DNA of 43,617 nucleotides from the NCBI GenBank assembly GCA_964397195.1, contig CAYNGY010000003.1, positions 135,836 to 179,452 on the forward strand, read 5' to 3'. Positions within the stretch are counted from its first letter, which is position 1, and each line of letters starts with the position of its first letter. This stretch comes from an uncultured Gammaproteobacteria bacterium (GTDB lineage: Bacteria; Patescibacteriota; Patescibacteriia; SBBC01; CAIJZX01). Shown one piece after another: positions 1-9,123 of this stretch. The notes beneath the pieces are model-generated. The model saw only the letters and a program-made list of their open reading frames with translations. It was not told the origin of the DNA and made no database searches. Made by a program: the position numbers and the translations under genes.

Positions 1-611
1 GCCTATCCCGAACCTTCTGGTTAGGCGCAGCTGTCGGTATAATCTGCTTGTTGCTGTTGTTGTTGCTCGAAAGACAATGGCGTGTACTGAAGATGTGGTG
101 GCCGATCGTGCCACTCAGTATCGTTATCGGTTTCGTAGCGTTTTCATGGTCGGTGAACTTTCCATACCCGTGGCCAACCGGCGATCGGCCGGCCTCTGTG
201 TTCCAGGCGCGGTTAACTGAGGGCGGAAGCGGGGATGCATCGGCAGCCCGTCGAAACCAAGTTGCTCCGCTGTGGCATGAGATTTCGCAGAACCCAATTT
301 TTGGTCGTGGCGTTGGGGCCCAGGCGACATTTTACAACCCGGACCCGCGCATTCGTGGCTGGCGGACGACCAGCGCCTTTGAGCTTGGGTACTTTGACTG
401 GTGGTTGAAGTTTGGATTGATTGGTCTTGTCCTGCTGATGGCATGGTTGTGGCGTATCGTCCGATCAGCCTGGTCATCGCCATGGCGCTGGGCGATTATT
501 TCAAGTACCGCTGCCTTAGCCGCGATACATATAACTTCGCCGTATCTGAATCATCCACTTGGTATTGGTTGGTTGGCGATCCTAACCCTGTTGACGTACG
601 ACCATGACTGA
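1..611 (+). CDS. O-antigen ligase / Wzy-like integral membrane protein, C-terminal part (5' end lies outside the window)
   Basis: Frame 3 is open from base 3 with no stop. The track start at 48 is only a TTG inside the open frame. There are several hydrophobic segments plus a loop 'ISQNPIFGRGVGAQ' resembling the O-antigen ligase (Wzy_C) loop. It overlaps the next glycosyltransferase by 8 nt. Confidence 0.5.
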   Translation, partial: LSRTFWLGAAVGIICLLLLLLLERQWRVLKMWWPIVPLSIVIGFVAFSWSVNFPYPWPTGDRPASVFQARLTEGGSGDASAARRNQVAPLWHEISQNPIFGRGVGAQATFYNPDPRIRGWRTTSAFELGYFDWWLKFGLIGLVLLMAWLWRIVRSAWSSPWRWAIISSTAALAAIHITSPYLNHPLGIGWLAILTLLTYDHD

Positions 612-1629
612 CGCTCGCATCTCCATTCAATTGGTGAGCTGGAACGGCATTGTACATTTGCCGTCATGCTTACGGAGTATTGAAGCACAGACACTGAAGC
701 CGAAGCGATTGTTGATCGTGGATAACGGTTCAGTTGATGAAACGGTTCGTTGGTTGCAAGCGAATGCGCCGACGGCCTATGTTTTGCGAAATAATCGAAA
801 TCTAGGATTTTGTCGCGGTCATAATCAGGCTTTTCGTTTAGCGAACACTCCGTACGTGCTTTGTCTAAATCAGGATATCGTTCTTGATCCACAGTGGCTC
901 GATCGCGCCGTACAGATTATGGATGATCACCCGGAAGTTGGAGCGCTCGGTGGTATGACGGTCCGATCAGACTATGATGAAAACTCCTTGACGGGAATCA
1001 AGGATTCTGGCATAATCGACAGCACTGGATTGGTAGTCTATCGCTCACGTCATGCCGTGGATCGAGATAGCGGCACAGCTCGTGACACGTGTCACCGACC
1101 GGCTGGGAGTGTCTTCGGGTTGAATGCGGCGTGCATTGTGTATCGCATGGCGGCGCTCGAGAGTATCCGCTATCAAGATGAGTACTTTGATGACGACTTT
1201 TTCGCCTATAAAGACGATATTGACACATCATGGCGATTGCGTCGCGCGGGCTGGGAATGCTGGTATGATCCGCGTTTAATCGCATTTCACCATCGTACGA
1301 TTCGGGGCGAACAATCAGTCAGTTCTTTACAAATTGCGCGTCAACATCGACGGCGAAAACAGGTCAATGCATGGTTCTCCTATCGGAACCATTTACTCCT
1401 CCTGATCAAGAATGAAACTCGAGCAACATTTTGGCGCGATGCGGCTTGGATTCTGTGGTACGAGTTTCGTAAGGCCGGATATCTCCTCGTGACACAGCCA
1501 CGGGCCTTAACGGCATGGCGTGATATTCTCAAGCTTCGGACCAACATGCGACGAAAGGCAAAAACAATTCGGACGACGGCCCGGTGTACGCCTATGCAAA
1601 TTCGAACGTGGTTTCTACATTCATCATGA
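604..1629 (+). CDS. Family 2 glycosyltransferase (rhamnosyltransferase-like)
   Basis: The N-terminus 'ISIQLVSWNG...CLRSIEAQTLKPKRLLIVDNGSVDET' is a typical GT-A fold, followed by 'DDFFAYKDDIDTSWRLRRAGW'. ATG at 604. Confidence 0.8.
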   Translation: MTDARISIQLVSWNGIVHLPSCLRSIEAQTLKPKRLLIVDNGSVDETVRWLQANAPTAYVLRNNRNLGFCRGHNQAFRLANTPYVLCLNQDIVLDPQWLDRAVQIMDDHPEVGALGGMTVRSDYDENSLTGIKDSGIIDSTGLVVYRSRHAVDRDSGTARDTCHRPAGSVFGLNAACIVYRMAALESIRYQDEYFDDDFFAYKDDIDTSWRLRRAGWECWYDPRLIAFHHRTIRGEQSVSSLQIARQHRRRKQVNAWFSYRNHLLLLIKNETRATFWRDAAWILWYEFRKAGYLLVTQPRALTAWRDILKLRTNMRRKAKTIRTTARCTPMQIRTWFLHSS

Positions 1630-2435
1630 CCCTGTCGATCATCATTCTCAACTACCAACAAAAGGGCCATACGCGGCAACTACTCCGAAGTTTGCATACA
1701 ATCAAGTTGCCGTATGAACTTGATATTATCGTCGTCAGCAACAGCCACGAGGCTGGGCTGGCGGATATGGTGGCGCGGGAAGCGCCGACGGCGCGTTTTA
1801 TTCAACGCCCACAGAATGATGGATATTCCACGGGGAACAATGTCGGTTTGCGGGCGGCTCGGGGCGAGTTTATCCTTATTCTGAACCCAGACACGGCGGT
1901 ATTTCCCGGTTCGCTTGAGCAATTAGTCGCATACCTCGAACGACATCCCAAGGTTGGCTTGGTTGGACCGCGGCTCTTAAACCCCGATGGGTCGGCCCAA
2001 CTGTCTGGGTCACTGTTCCCGTCGTTTTTCGTAGCCCTCTGGCGTCGATCATCTTTTGGACATTGGCCTGGAGCGAGAGCGCAAATTCAGAAATTCTTTA
2101 TTCCCGGCTGGGATCGAACGTCGAGTCGGCCGGTCGGGTGGCTGATCGGGGCGGTGTTTCTGATGCGTCGCGAGGTATTCGAAAAAGTCGGATTGTTTGA
2201 TGAGCGTTTTTTCCTGTATATGGAGGATGTCGATTACTGCCGTCGTGTCTGGCAAGCTGGGTGGGAGGTTCATTATGTCGCCGAGTCGGAGATTGTGCAT
2301 TACCATTCACGTCATTCGGCCGTAAATCCCGGATTAAGTGCGGCGCTATCGTACGCGACACGTATTCATATTCATTCGTGGATGACCTATTTTAAAAAGT
2401 ATCGGCACGCTCCAAAGCCGCCGTATAGTATGTAG
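1626..2435 (+). CDS. Family 2 glycosyltransferase
   Basis: Motifs 'LSIIILNYQQ', 'NDGYSTGNNVG', 'ILILNPDT' and 'YMEDVDYCRRVWQAGW'. I chose ATG 1626, which forms an ATGA overlap with the upstream stop at 1627-1629. The track's GTG at 1584 would overlap the upstream gene by 46 nt. Confidence 0.8.
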   Translation: MTLSIIILNYQQKGHTRQLLRSLHTIKLPYELDIIVVSNSHEAGLADMVAREAPTARFIQRPQNDGYSTGNNVGLRAARGEFILILNPDTAVFPGSLEQLVAYLERHPKVGLVGPRLLNPDGSAQLSGSLFPSFFVALWRRSSFGHWPGARAQIQKFFIPGWDRTSSRPVGWLIGAVFLMRREVFEKVGLFDERFFLYMEDVDYCRRVWQAGWEVHYVAESEIVHYHSRHSAVNPGLSAALSYATRIHIHSWMTYFKKYRHAPKPPYSM

Positions 2436-2440
2436 CCTTT

Positions 2441-4393
2441 ATGCCCAAACCTCTCAAGCACACTTCAACCATCAATTTGGCCGAGCGCGTGACTCGCCGT
2501 CGTCGTTGGCGACCATGGATGACATGGACGGTGAGTATTCTGGGTGCCTTGGTAGTGTTTTTGGGTATTACTGCACTCTACTATTATCCGAAAGCGAGCG
2601 CGGCGATTTCGGTGGCGAAGCGAACAGTCACGGTGGCTAAGAAAATCCCAACGGCCATCAGCGCCCAAGAGTTTTCGGCGGCCTCAACCGATGTGGCTGA
2701 CACGCTGACTGGTATTCGTGACCTGCAACAGTCGATGGGGACTATGCGCGGGTTGCGTGCGTGGCCGTATGTCGGTCAACAGTATGCGGCGGTAGAAAAG
2801 CTACTGACAGTTGGCGATCAATCAGTGCAGGCGGTTGGGACGCTCGTTACATTTCTGGAGGAAGTCTTCGCGCCTTTTGCGGGACGAGGAAAAGTTAGCT
2901 TGGCGAAGATCACACCAGCGGAAAAAGGAGCTATTCTCGGCAATATCTCGGCGCGCGGCGACGAGCTGCGCGCGGCGCAGGAAAAGGTACAGTTAGCAAA
3001 AGCCGACCTTGATACGATTAAAGATCGTGGCCTCTGGCCGCAACTTGGTGATGCCGTTCGTCAACTAAAGGAACAGTTTCCGACGATTACCGAAGCACTC
3101 GATCAGGCGATTCCGGCAACGAAAGTTTTTCCGACCATCCTCGGGTACCCGAAGTCAAAGAATTATCTTTTCTTGTTAGAAAATAATACCGAACTTCGTC
3201 CGGGTGGCGGTTTTATCGGAACCTATGGATTTATGAAGGTGGAGTCGGGTGAGATTGTGACGTTGCAGACAGAAAATGTCTATACGCTCGACAATGCCGC
3301 GTCCAAGCTGGCGCCAATAAAAGCGCCGTTGCCATTAGTCAAATACCTGAAAGTTGATCGGTGGAGTTTCCGTGACAGTAACTGGTCGCCGGATTTTCCG
3401 ACTTCTGCGGCGCAAGCGCTGTATATGTACAAATATGAAGGCGGCCATAAGGATATTGATGGTGTGATTGCGGTCACGCCAACAGCGATTGCTCACCTGA
3501 TCGGGCTGGTCGGCGCGATTAAGGTGGATGGGATTGAGTTTACCGAGGAGAATTTTGTCGATACACTAGAATACCAGGTAGAAAAAGGATTCTTACGTGC
3601 GGGAATCGATGCGAAGGATCGCAAGGATATCATCAGTGATTTGACATCGGTGCTGATGAACCGTTTGCTGAACCTTCCGCTAGCTGAATGGGGCGATTTG
3701 TTTACCATTATCAATAATGATCTTGAAGGAAAGCAAGTATTGATTTGGTTGGATGACCCGGTGGTGCAAAATATCATGATTGCTCAAAACTGGGCTGGGA
3801 CGATGGACCAACGAACAGATATTGATTCACTGATGGTGGTAGATGCGAACCTAGCGAGTTTAAAGACGGATCGGGTATTACAGCGGACCTACTCGTATAA
3901 AGTTGAACCGGACGGGGACGGCCTGAAAGCGACATTGAAGATAACCTACAAAAACAATGGCGCCTTCGACTGGCGTACGACTCGATATAATACGTACGTG
4001 CGGGTCTACGTTCCGGCTGGGTCCACGCTCCTTGAGTCTCGTGGTGCGCAACTGCGGGAAAAGTCAAACGCGGCTGGCAAGGTTGAAACGCTTGATGAGC
4101 TAGGGAAGACCGTCTTCGGTGCATTTAAGTCAACGGAGCCCGGCGCCTCGAGCGATCTCGAGCTGGTCTACCGACTGCCGTCCAGCGTTGTTGATCGCTG
4201 GAAAGCGGGGCAATACCTGTTAGCTTGGCAGAAGCAACCGGGAATGCTTGCTCCCGACTATGCGTTGACGGTAAAAACACCAACGCAAGCCAAAACACTC
4301 ACCGGTGTTGACAGTGGCGCCACAATTCGTCAGGATGCCGCCACAATCACCGGACACCTGAATAAGGATGTAACGGTTGCGGTGACCTACTAA
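2441..4393 (+). CDS. DUF4012-like membrane-anchored extracytoplasmic protein
   Basis: Basic N-terminal tail plus one TM segment ('WTVSILGALVVFLGITALYYY'), a helical region, then 'YLFLLENNTELRPGGGFIGTYGFMKV'. I recognise this as the DUF4012 signature (NN.E.R..GG..G). Confidence 0.65.
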   Translation: MPKPLKHTSTINLAERVTRRRRWRPWMTWTVSILGALVVFLGITALYYYPKASAAISVAKRTVTVAKKIPTAISAQEFSAASTDVADTLTGIRDLQQSMGTMRGLRAWPYVGQQYAAVEKLLTVGDQSVQAVGTLVTFLEEVFAPFAGRGKVSLAKITPAEKGAILGNISARGDELRAAQEKVQLAKADLDTIKDRGLWPQLGDAVRQLKEQFPTITEALDQAIPATKVFPTILGYPKSKNYLFLLENNTELRPGGGFIGTYGFMKVESGEIVTLQTENVYTLDNAASKLAPIKAPLPLVKYLKVDRWSFRDSNWSPDFPTSAAQALYMYKYEGGHKDIDGVIAVTPTAIAHLIGLVGAIKVDGIEFTEENFVDTLEYQVEKGFLRAGIDAKDRKDIISDLTSVLMNRLLNLPLAEWGDLFTIINNDLEGKQVLIWLDDPVVQNIMIAQNWAGTMDQRTDIDSLMVVDANLASLKTDRVLQRTYSYKVEPDGDGLKATLKITYKNNGAFDWRTTRYNTYVRVYVPAGSTLLESRGAQLREKSNAAGKVETLDELGKTVFGAFKSTEPGASSDLELVYRLPSSVVDRWKAGQYLLAWQKQPGMLAPDYALTVKTPTQAKTLTGVDSGATIRQDAATITGHLNKDVTVAVTY

Positions 4394-4398
4394 ATACT

Positions 4399-5412
4399 AT
4401 GGCCCTCTTCTCCCGTCGGGTTGGTATCGATCTCGGAACGACTTATACCCTGGTGTATTTGCCAGGGCGGGGGATTGTATTGAATGAGCCGTCGGTGGTA
4501 GCGCTTTCGGTTGTCGACAAGAAAGTATTGGCCGTTGGTGATGAGGCAAAAGAGATGATCGGGCGCACCCCGGATTCGATTATTGCCTTACGACCGTTGA
4601 AGGACGGCGTGATTGCCGACTATCGGACGACCGAGGCGATGTTGCGCTACTTCATCAATAAGGCCTTGGGGGGTGTCCGCTTTATCCGTCCAGAAGTAAT
4701 GATTGCTGTGCCGGGCGGCATTACTTCAACCGAGCGCCGGGCGGTTATCGACGCGACGATGGCGGCCGGCGCGCGTGAAGCCTACATTATCAAAGAGCCG
4801 ATTGCGGCGGCGATTGGGGCGAACATTCCGATCGGCTCGCCATCCGGTCATATGATTGTCGATATTGGCGGTGGAACCTCGGAAATTGCGGTTATTTCTT
4901 TAGGCGGAATTGTGGTCAACTCCTCGGTTCGTATCGGCGGTAATAAACTCGATTCTGCAATTCAAGAGTATGTTCGAAAAAAATACGGGCTGGCAATTGG
5001 TGAACGAACCGCCGAATTGATCAAAATTGAAATTGGGAGCGCCTTGATTGTCGAGGAAAAAATGACCCTGGATGTGCGTGGTCGCGACATGGTGAGCGGT
5101 CTGCCGCGAACCGTATCTATCATTTCTGATGACGTGACGGCGGCAATCCAAAATGAACTTGGTGGAATTATCCAGGCCATAAAAAATGTCTTACAGGAGA
5201 CGCCGCCAGAACTGTCGGCTGACGTAATGGATAAAGGCATTGTCCTCAGCGGCGGGACCTCACAGCTTCGTAATATCGATAAACTTGTGGCGCAGGCGAT
5301 TGGGGTGCCCGCCTACGTAGCTGATGAGCCATATTTATGTGTGGCCCGCGGGACAGGTATCGCGCTCGACAATCTCGAAGCCTACAAGCGGAGTATCTTG
5401 TCTTCACGGTAA
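4399..5412 (+). CDS. mreB: Actin-like rod-shape protein MreB, paralogue 1
   Basis: Motifs 'VGIDLGTTYT', 'NEPSVVA', 'PLKDGVIAD', 'IKEPIAAAIGA', 'MIVDIGGGTSEIAVISLGGIV', 'GIVLSGGTSQLRNI' and 'VARGTG'. Confidence 0.85.
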   Translation: MALFSRRVGIDLGTTYTLVYLPGRGIVLNEPSVVALSVVDKKVLAVGDEAKEMIGRTPDSIIALRPLKDGVIADYRTTEAMLRYFINKALGGVRFIRPEVMIAVPGGITSTERRAVIDATMAAGAREAYIIKEPIAAAIGANIPIGSPSGHMIVDIGGGTSEIAVISLGGIVVNSSVRIGGNKLDSAIQEYVRKKYGLAIGERTAELIKIEIGSALIVEEKMTLDVRGRDMVSGLPRTVSIISDDVTAAIQNELGGIIQAIKNVLQETPPELSADVMDKGIVLSGGTSQLRNIDKLVAQAIGVPAYVADEPYLCVARGTGIALDNLEAYKRSILSSR

Positions 5413-6644
5413 TGATTATCGGAGTCGACGCATCACGAGCGAATGTCGACTCGATGACCGGGATCGAGCGCTACACTTTTGAGGTTTGTCGTCGGTTGCC
5501 GCGCCTGATGCCGGCGGCGACGGTTCGTTTGTACGTCCGTGAGCCGCTTCGCCAGCATTGGCCAGCGTTCGAGACAGCCAACGTGGAGGTACGCGTACTG
5601 CGGTGGCCGCCAAGGGTCTTCTGGTCTCACCTCCGGTTGGCATGGGAGACGATCGCCCATCCGCCGGATGTCTTGTTTGTGCCCGCCAGTACCATTCCGC
5701 TGGTCCATGGTGGTCAGGCAGTGACAACCATACATGATGTGGCCTTCCTTGAACATCCTACTGTCTACCGACGCCCGATGCCAGTGGTCAAAACCTTCGC
5801 GTTATTTAGGTTTGTTCATCGGCTTTTATCAATAGTCAGCCGCAATAGGTGGGGACTCTGGGAGGGGACGTACCAACATTGGTCGTGGCAGCGGGCCCAA
5901 CGCGCAGCGACGTTGTTGACTGTTTCCGAGCATTCCGCTCATCGGATGAAGCATTTTGTGCCGTCGTTGCGTGCGCGGGTAGTTGTTGCGCCGCTCGGTC
6001 TTACCATGCCGCAAATGGTGCCTACTCCTGACCGAGATTTCGCGGCAAGATACGGTGTGACGGCGAATTACTTTTTGTATATTGGCCGCTTAGAAAAGAA
6101 GAAGAATATTGAACACCTCCTGTTGGCGTATGCGGCATATTCTGCACATGAGAAAAACCGATCCGATCTCGTTTTGGTCGGGATGCAGGGTTCCGATTGG
6201 GAGGACATAGTACCGACGCTCGATGGCCTACAGTGTCGTCACCGTATCCATATTTTCAACCATGTGCCCGATGACGAAAAATGGCGATGGCTGGTCGGTG
6301 CGCGGGCGTTAGCCCTGGTCTCATACGACGAGGGTTTTGGGCTTCCAGCCTTGGAAGCAGCTGCCGTTGGTGTTCCGGTGGTGGCCGCGCAAGCGGGAGC
6401 CCTGCCGGAGGTGATGAAATCGGCGGCTATCTTCGTTGACCCGGCTAGTATTGATAGTATTTGTGTTGGGCTGACCCGGGTGGACGGTGATGACCAGACC
6501 CGAGAGATATGTATCCAGAGGGGGTATGAACGGGCTCGTCAATTTCGATGGGACGCAACGGCGACGATAGTTGCCGATGAGTTATCTGCTTTGGCCTTGA
6601 AAATTAGGTCAAAAAATGGTACGGTAAAACCCGATGAAAGCTAA
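5412..6644 (+). CDS. GT4/GT1-family (GT-B fold) glycosyltransferase
   Basis: 'MIIGVDASR...TGIERY' at the N-terminus and 'YDEGFGLPALEAAAVGVPVVAAQAGALPEV' (E-x7-E motif). ATG 5412 overlaps the mreB TAA stop (TAATG). The track's upstream start at 5337 lies inside mreB. Confidence 0.8.
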   Translation: MIIGVDASRANVDSMTGIERYTFEVCRRLPRLMPAATVRLYVREPLRQHWPAFETANVEVRVLRWPPRVFWSHLRLAWETIAHPPDVLFVPASTIPLVHGGQAVTTIHDVAFLEHPTVYRRPMPVVKTFALFRFVHRLLSIVSRNRWGLWEGTYQHWSWQRAQRAATLLTVSEHSAHRMKHFVPSLRARVVVAPLGLTMPQMVPTPDRDFAARYGVTANYFLYIGRLEKKKNIEHLLLAYAAYSAHEKNRSDLVLVGMQGSDWEDIVPTLDGLQCRHRIHIFNHVPDDEKWRWLVGARALALVSYDEGFGLPALEAAAVGVPVVAAQAGALPEVMKSAAIFVDPASIDSICVGLTRVDGDDQTREICIQRGYERARQFRWDATATIVADELSALALKIRSKNGTVKPDES

Positions 6645-7521
6645 CTGGCCATTTATCGGGAATAAGGAAATCGGTCTTCGATTTCGCCATGACCTTGAGC
6701 GCGATCTGTTGCCTGTGGCGGCGTGCCTATTTGGGCCGCATGGCGTTGGGAAGAGCCTAGCCGTTGAGTGGTCAATTCAGGCGGCATTGTGTACCGATCA
6801 GGCCAAACCGTGTGGAAACTGTGCGGATTGTCGCCGTTTCCTCCGCCACGAGCATGAGCGATGCTGGTTTGTAGTGGCTGATGGCACGATCGGGGTAGAT
6901 GACATGCGTGAGATCTTGAGTCATTTTGCCTACGCGCAAACGGAGCGGCAATGGCTGGTTATACCACAGGCGGAGCGATTGACTGAGTCAGCCCAAAACA
7001 TTTTACTAAAGTTTCTTGAAGAACCTCCGACATCAGTTCGCATTATCATGACCTGTCAGCATCCGCAACGATTGCTTCCAACAGTTCGGTCGCGTATGGC
7101 CGCGTGGTTTTGGAAACGTGTTTCAGACGCGGAGATGCGCGCGGCATTTCCTAGTGTTGATCGCGACGACATTGAGTCGGCCGATGGCCGCCCGGCGGCG
7201 CTGGAGCGGATTGTGGCGGATACCGAGCGCGTCCATGATCGAATAGCGGCTACGCAGGCCGTCAAGAATTCTTTGCTACAAAAGCCGGTGATTGCTCCCC
7301 GGGCTGAGGACGCGATTGAGCGCCAACTCACGTCGGAGTTGCAGGTATTACGAACGTTACTCCATGAAGTGGTTGGACTTCGCTCGAGCGACCTAACGGC
7401 GTCCATATCGGTTTCCATCGGAGATGTCATTGATCGTATTCGTCGTCACCTGTCACTTGAACAGCCTGAATATGCCAATAGTTCGTTAGGTACAAAATAT
7501 GCGTATCTCCACCTTCGCTAA
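6634..7521 (+). CDS. holB: DNA polymerase III delta' subunit (clamp-loader AAA+ protein)
   Basis: P-loop 'FGPHGVGKS', zinc module 'CGNCADCRRF', 'QNILLKFLEEPP', and sensor 'TCQHPQRLLPTVRSR'. Confidence 0.7.
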   Translation: MKANWPFIGNKEIGLRFRHDLERDLLPVAACLFGPHGVGKSLAVEWSIQAALCTDQAKPCGNCADCRRFLRHEHERCWFVVADGTIGVDDMREILSHFAYAQTERQWLVIPQAERLTESAQNILLKFLEEPPTSVRIIMTCQHPQRLLPTVRSRMAAWFWKRVSDAEMRAAFPSVDRDDIESADGRPAALERIVADTERVHDRIAATQAVKNSLLQKPVIAPRAEDAIERQLTSELQVLRTLLHEVVGLRSSDLTASISVSIGDVIDRIRRHLSLEQPEYANSSLGTKYAYLHLR

Positions 7522-8566
7522 AATTAGCTTACCAGTTGCGATATTGATCATGACCGGGCAGAGTTGCTCAATACCGTTTATGACGACGTCCTCGTCCCAA
7601 TCGACAACGGACGGCGGTGTTTTTCGGAGTGATAATCATGGCCAGACTTGGAAACAGAAGAGCGCCGGTGATAAGCAGAACCCGAAAGGCGTTCAAAATA
7701 TTTCCATTCGAACGTTGGTTCAGGATTCCCGAGATCCGGCGCGGCTGATGATCGGAACGCTTGAAAACGGAATTTGGCTGACATCAAATGCTGGTGAAAC
7801 ATGGAAACCTACCTCACTCACGACCGGGGAGGTAAATTGTATCAGCGTCAATCCGGCTGACCCGGATATTCAATACGCCTCTCGTGGAGGAACGGTGCAA
7901 AAGAGCATTGATAATGGCCTGAATTGGAAATCAGTCTATGCTGATGGGCAACGCCAATCCGTCACGTGTGTCTTGGCGGATCGTTTACGAACGGACACGG
8001 TCTGGGCCACGACCAGCGGTGGTAAACTCTTGCGTTCGGATGATGCGGGCAAGAGCTGGGCTATTGCCTTAAAGGTCTCAAAACTTTTTCCGCGGAAGAT
8101 TGTGCAAGAAGATCAGGTTCAGGATCACCTGTACGTCTTTACACGCACGAGCGGGATTATTGACATTGATATCGCCGCTTCGAATTGGCAGGACTTGAGC
8201 GGCGCCTTAAAGAAGTATCCCGGGGCGACGACAATTAATGGTGTAAGTGTCACCTTTGGGGCCCCGACGGTTTGGACGATCGCCACCAATTATGGATTAC
8301 TGCAGTCGTTTGATCGCGGATCAACGTGGTCAACTGTCTCAACGTTGGTGACACCCGGAACGGCGGCCATCCAGAATGTGGCGGTGAATCCGCGTGATCA
8401 GCAGGAACTTTTTGTGACAATTGGGAATAAACTTCATCACAGTCGGGATCGTGGGGCGACGTGGACGGTATTATCAATTCCGACAACCCGGACGCCCGTG
8501 GCCCTCCAATATGATTCAGCGAACATCGATCGACTTTTTGTCGGGACATTTCTTGTAACCAAATAA
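7499..8566 (+). CDS. Secreted or lipoprotein beta-propeller with six BNR/Asp-box repeats
   Basis: N-terminal signal-like segment ending in 'GQSC'. There are six S-x-D-x-G-x-(T/S)-W boxes: SDNHGQTW, SNAGETW, SIDNGLNW, SDDAGKSW, SFDRGSTW and SRDRGATW. Confidence 0.65.
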   Translation: MRISTFAKISLPVAILIMTGQSCSIPFMTTSSSQSTTDGGVFRSDNHGQTWKQKSAGDKQNPKGVQNISIRTLVQDSRDPARLMIGTLENGIWLTSNAGETWKPTSLTTGEVNCISVNPADPDIQYASRGGTVQKSIDNGLNWKSVYADGQRQSVTCVLADRLRTDTVWATTSGGKLLRSDDAGKSWAIALKVSKLFPRKIVQEDQVQDHLYVFTRTSGIIDIDIAASNWQDLSGALKKYPGATTINGVSVTFGAPTVWTIATNYGLLQSFDRGSTWSTVSTLVTPGTAAIQNVAVNPRDQQELFVTIGNKLHHSRDRGATWTVLSIPTTRTPVALQYDSANIDRLFVGTFLVTK

Positions 8567-8571
8567 TTTCT

Positions 8572-9117
8572 ATGGCGGTACCATTTCATGAGGCGGCACA
8601 AGCTGCACTCCAACATCTTGAGACTGAACTAGACGCAATCCGAACCGGTCGGGCCAATCCGGCGCTGGTCGAAAATATACCAGTTGATGCCTATGGGTCG
8701 ACGGTGCCGCTCCAGCAGTTGGCATCTATCAGTGTTCCGGAACCTCGTGTGCTGGTGGTGCAGCCATGGGACCCGAGCACGATTAAAGATATTGAAAAGG
8801 CCTTGTCACAGTCTTCACTTGGTATTAATCCGGTTGTTGATAGTAAGTTGATTCGTTTGCCGTTTCCGTCGATGACTGAAGAACGTCGCCGGGAAATGGT
8901 TAAATCCGTTGGGGAAATTGCTGAAACCGTTCGGGTGCGAATTCGAGCCGCGCGTGAGGATGTGATGAAGGATATTAAGCGCCGGGAAGCGGACGGTGAT
9001 GTCTCTGAAGATGCCGCAGAAAATGAACGCACGTCATTACAAGAGTCCGTCGACGATACGATCACGACCATCCAAACCCGGGTTACCAAGAAAGAAGAAG
9101 AATTGATGACTGTCTAA
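8572..9117 (+). CDS. frr: Ribosome recycling factor
   Basis: 'LDAIRTGRANPALVENI.VDAYG...PL.QLA.ISVPEPR.L.VQPWD' and 'LGINP...G..IRLP.P..TEERR'. The length of 181 aa is typical. Confidence 0.95.
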   Translation: MAVPFHEAAQAALQHLETELDAIRTGRANPALVENIPVDAYGSTVPLQQLASISVPEPRVLVVQPWDPSTIKDIEKALSQSSLGINPVVDSKLIRLPFPSMTEERRREMVKSVGEIAETVRVRIRAAREDVMKDIKRREADGDVSEDAAENERTSLQESVDDTITTIQTRVTKKEEELMTV

Positions 9118-9123
9118 TTATCT

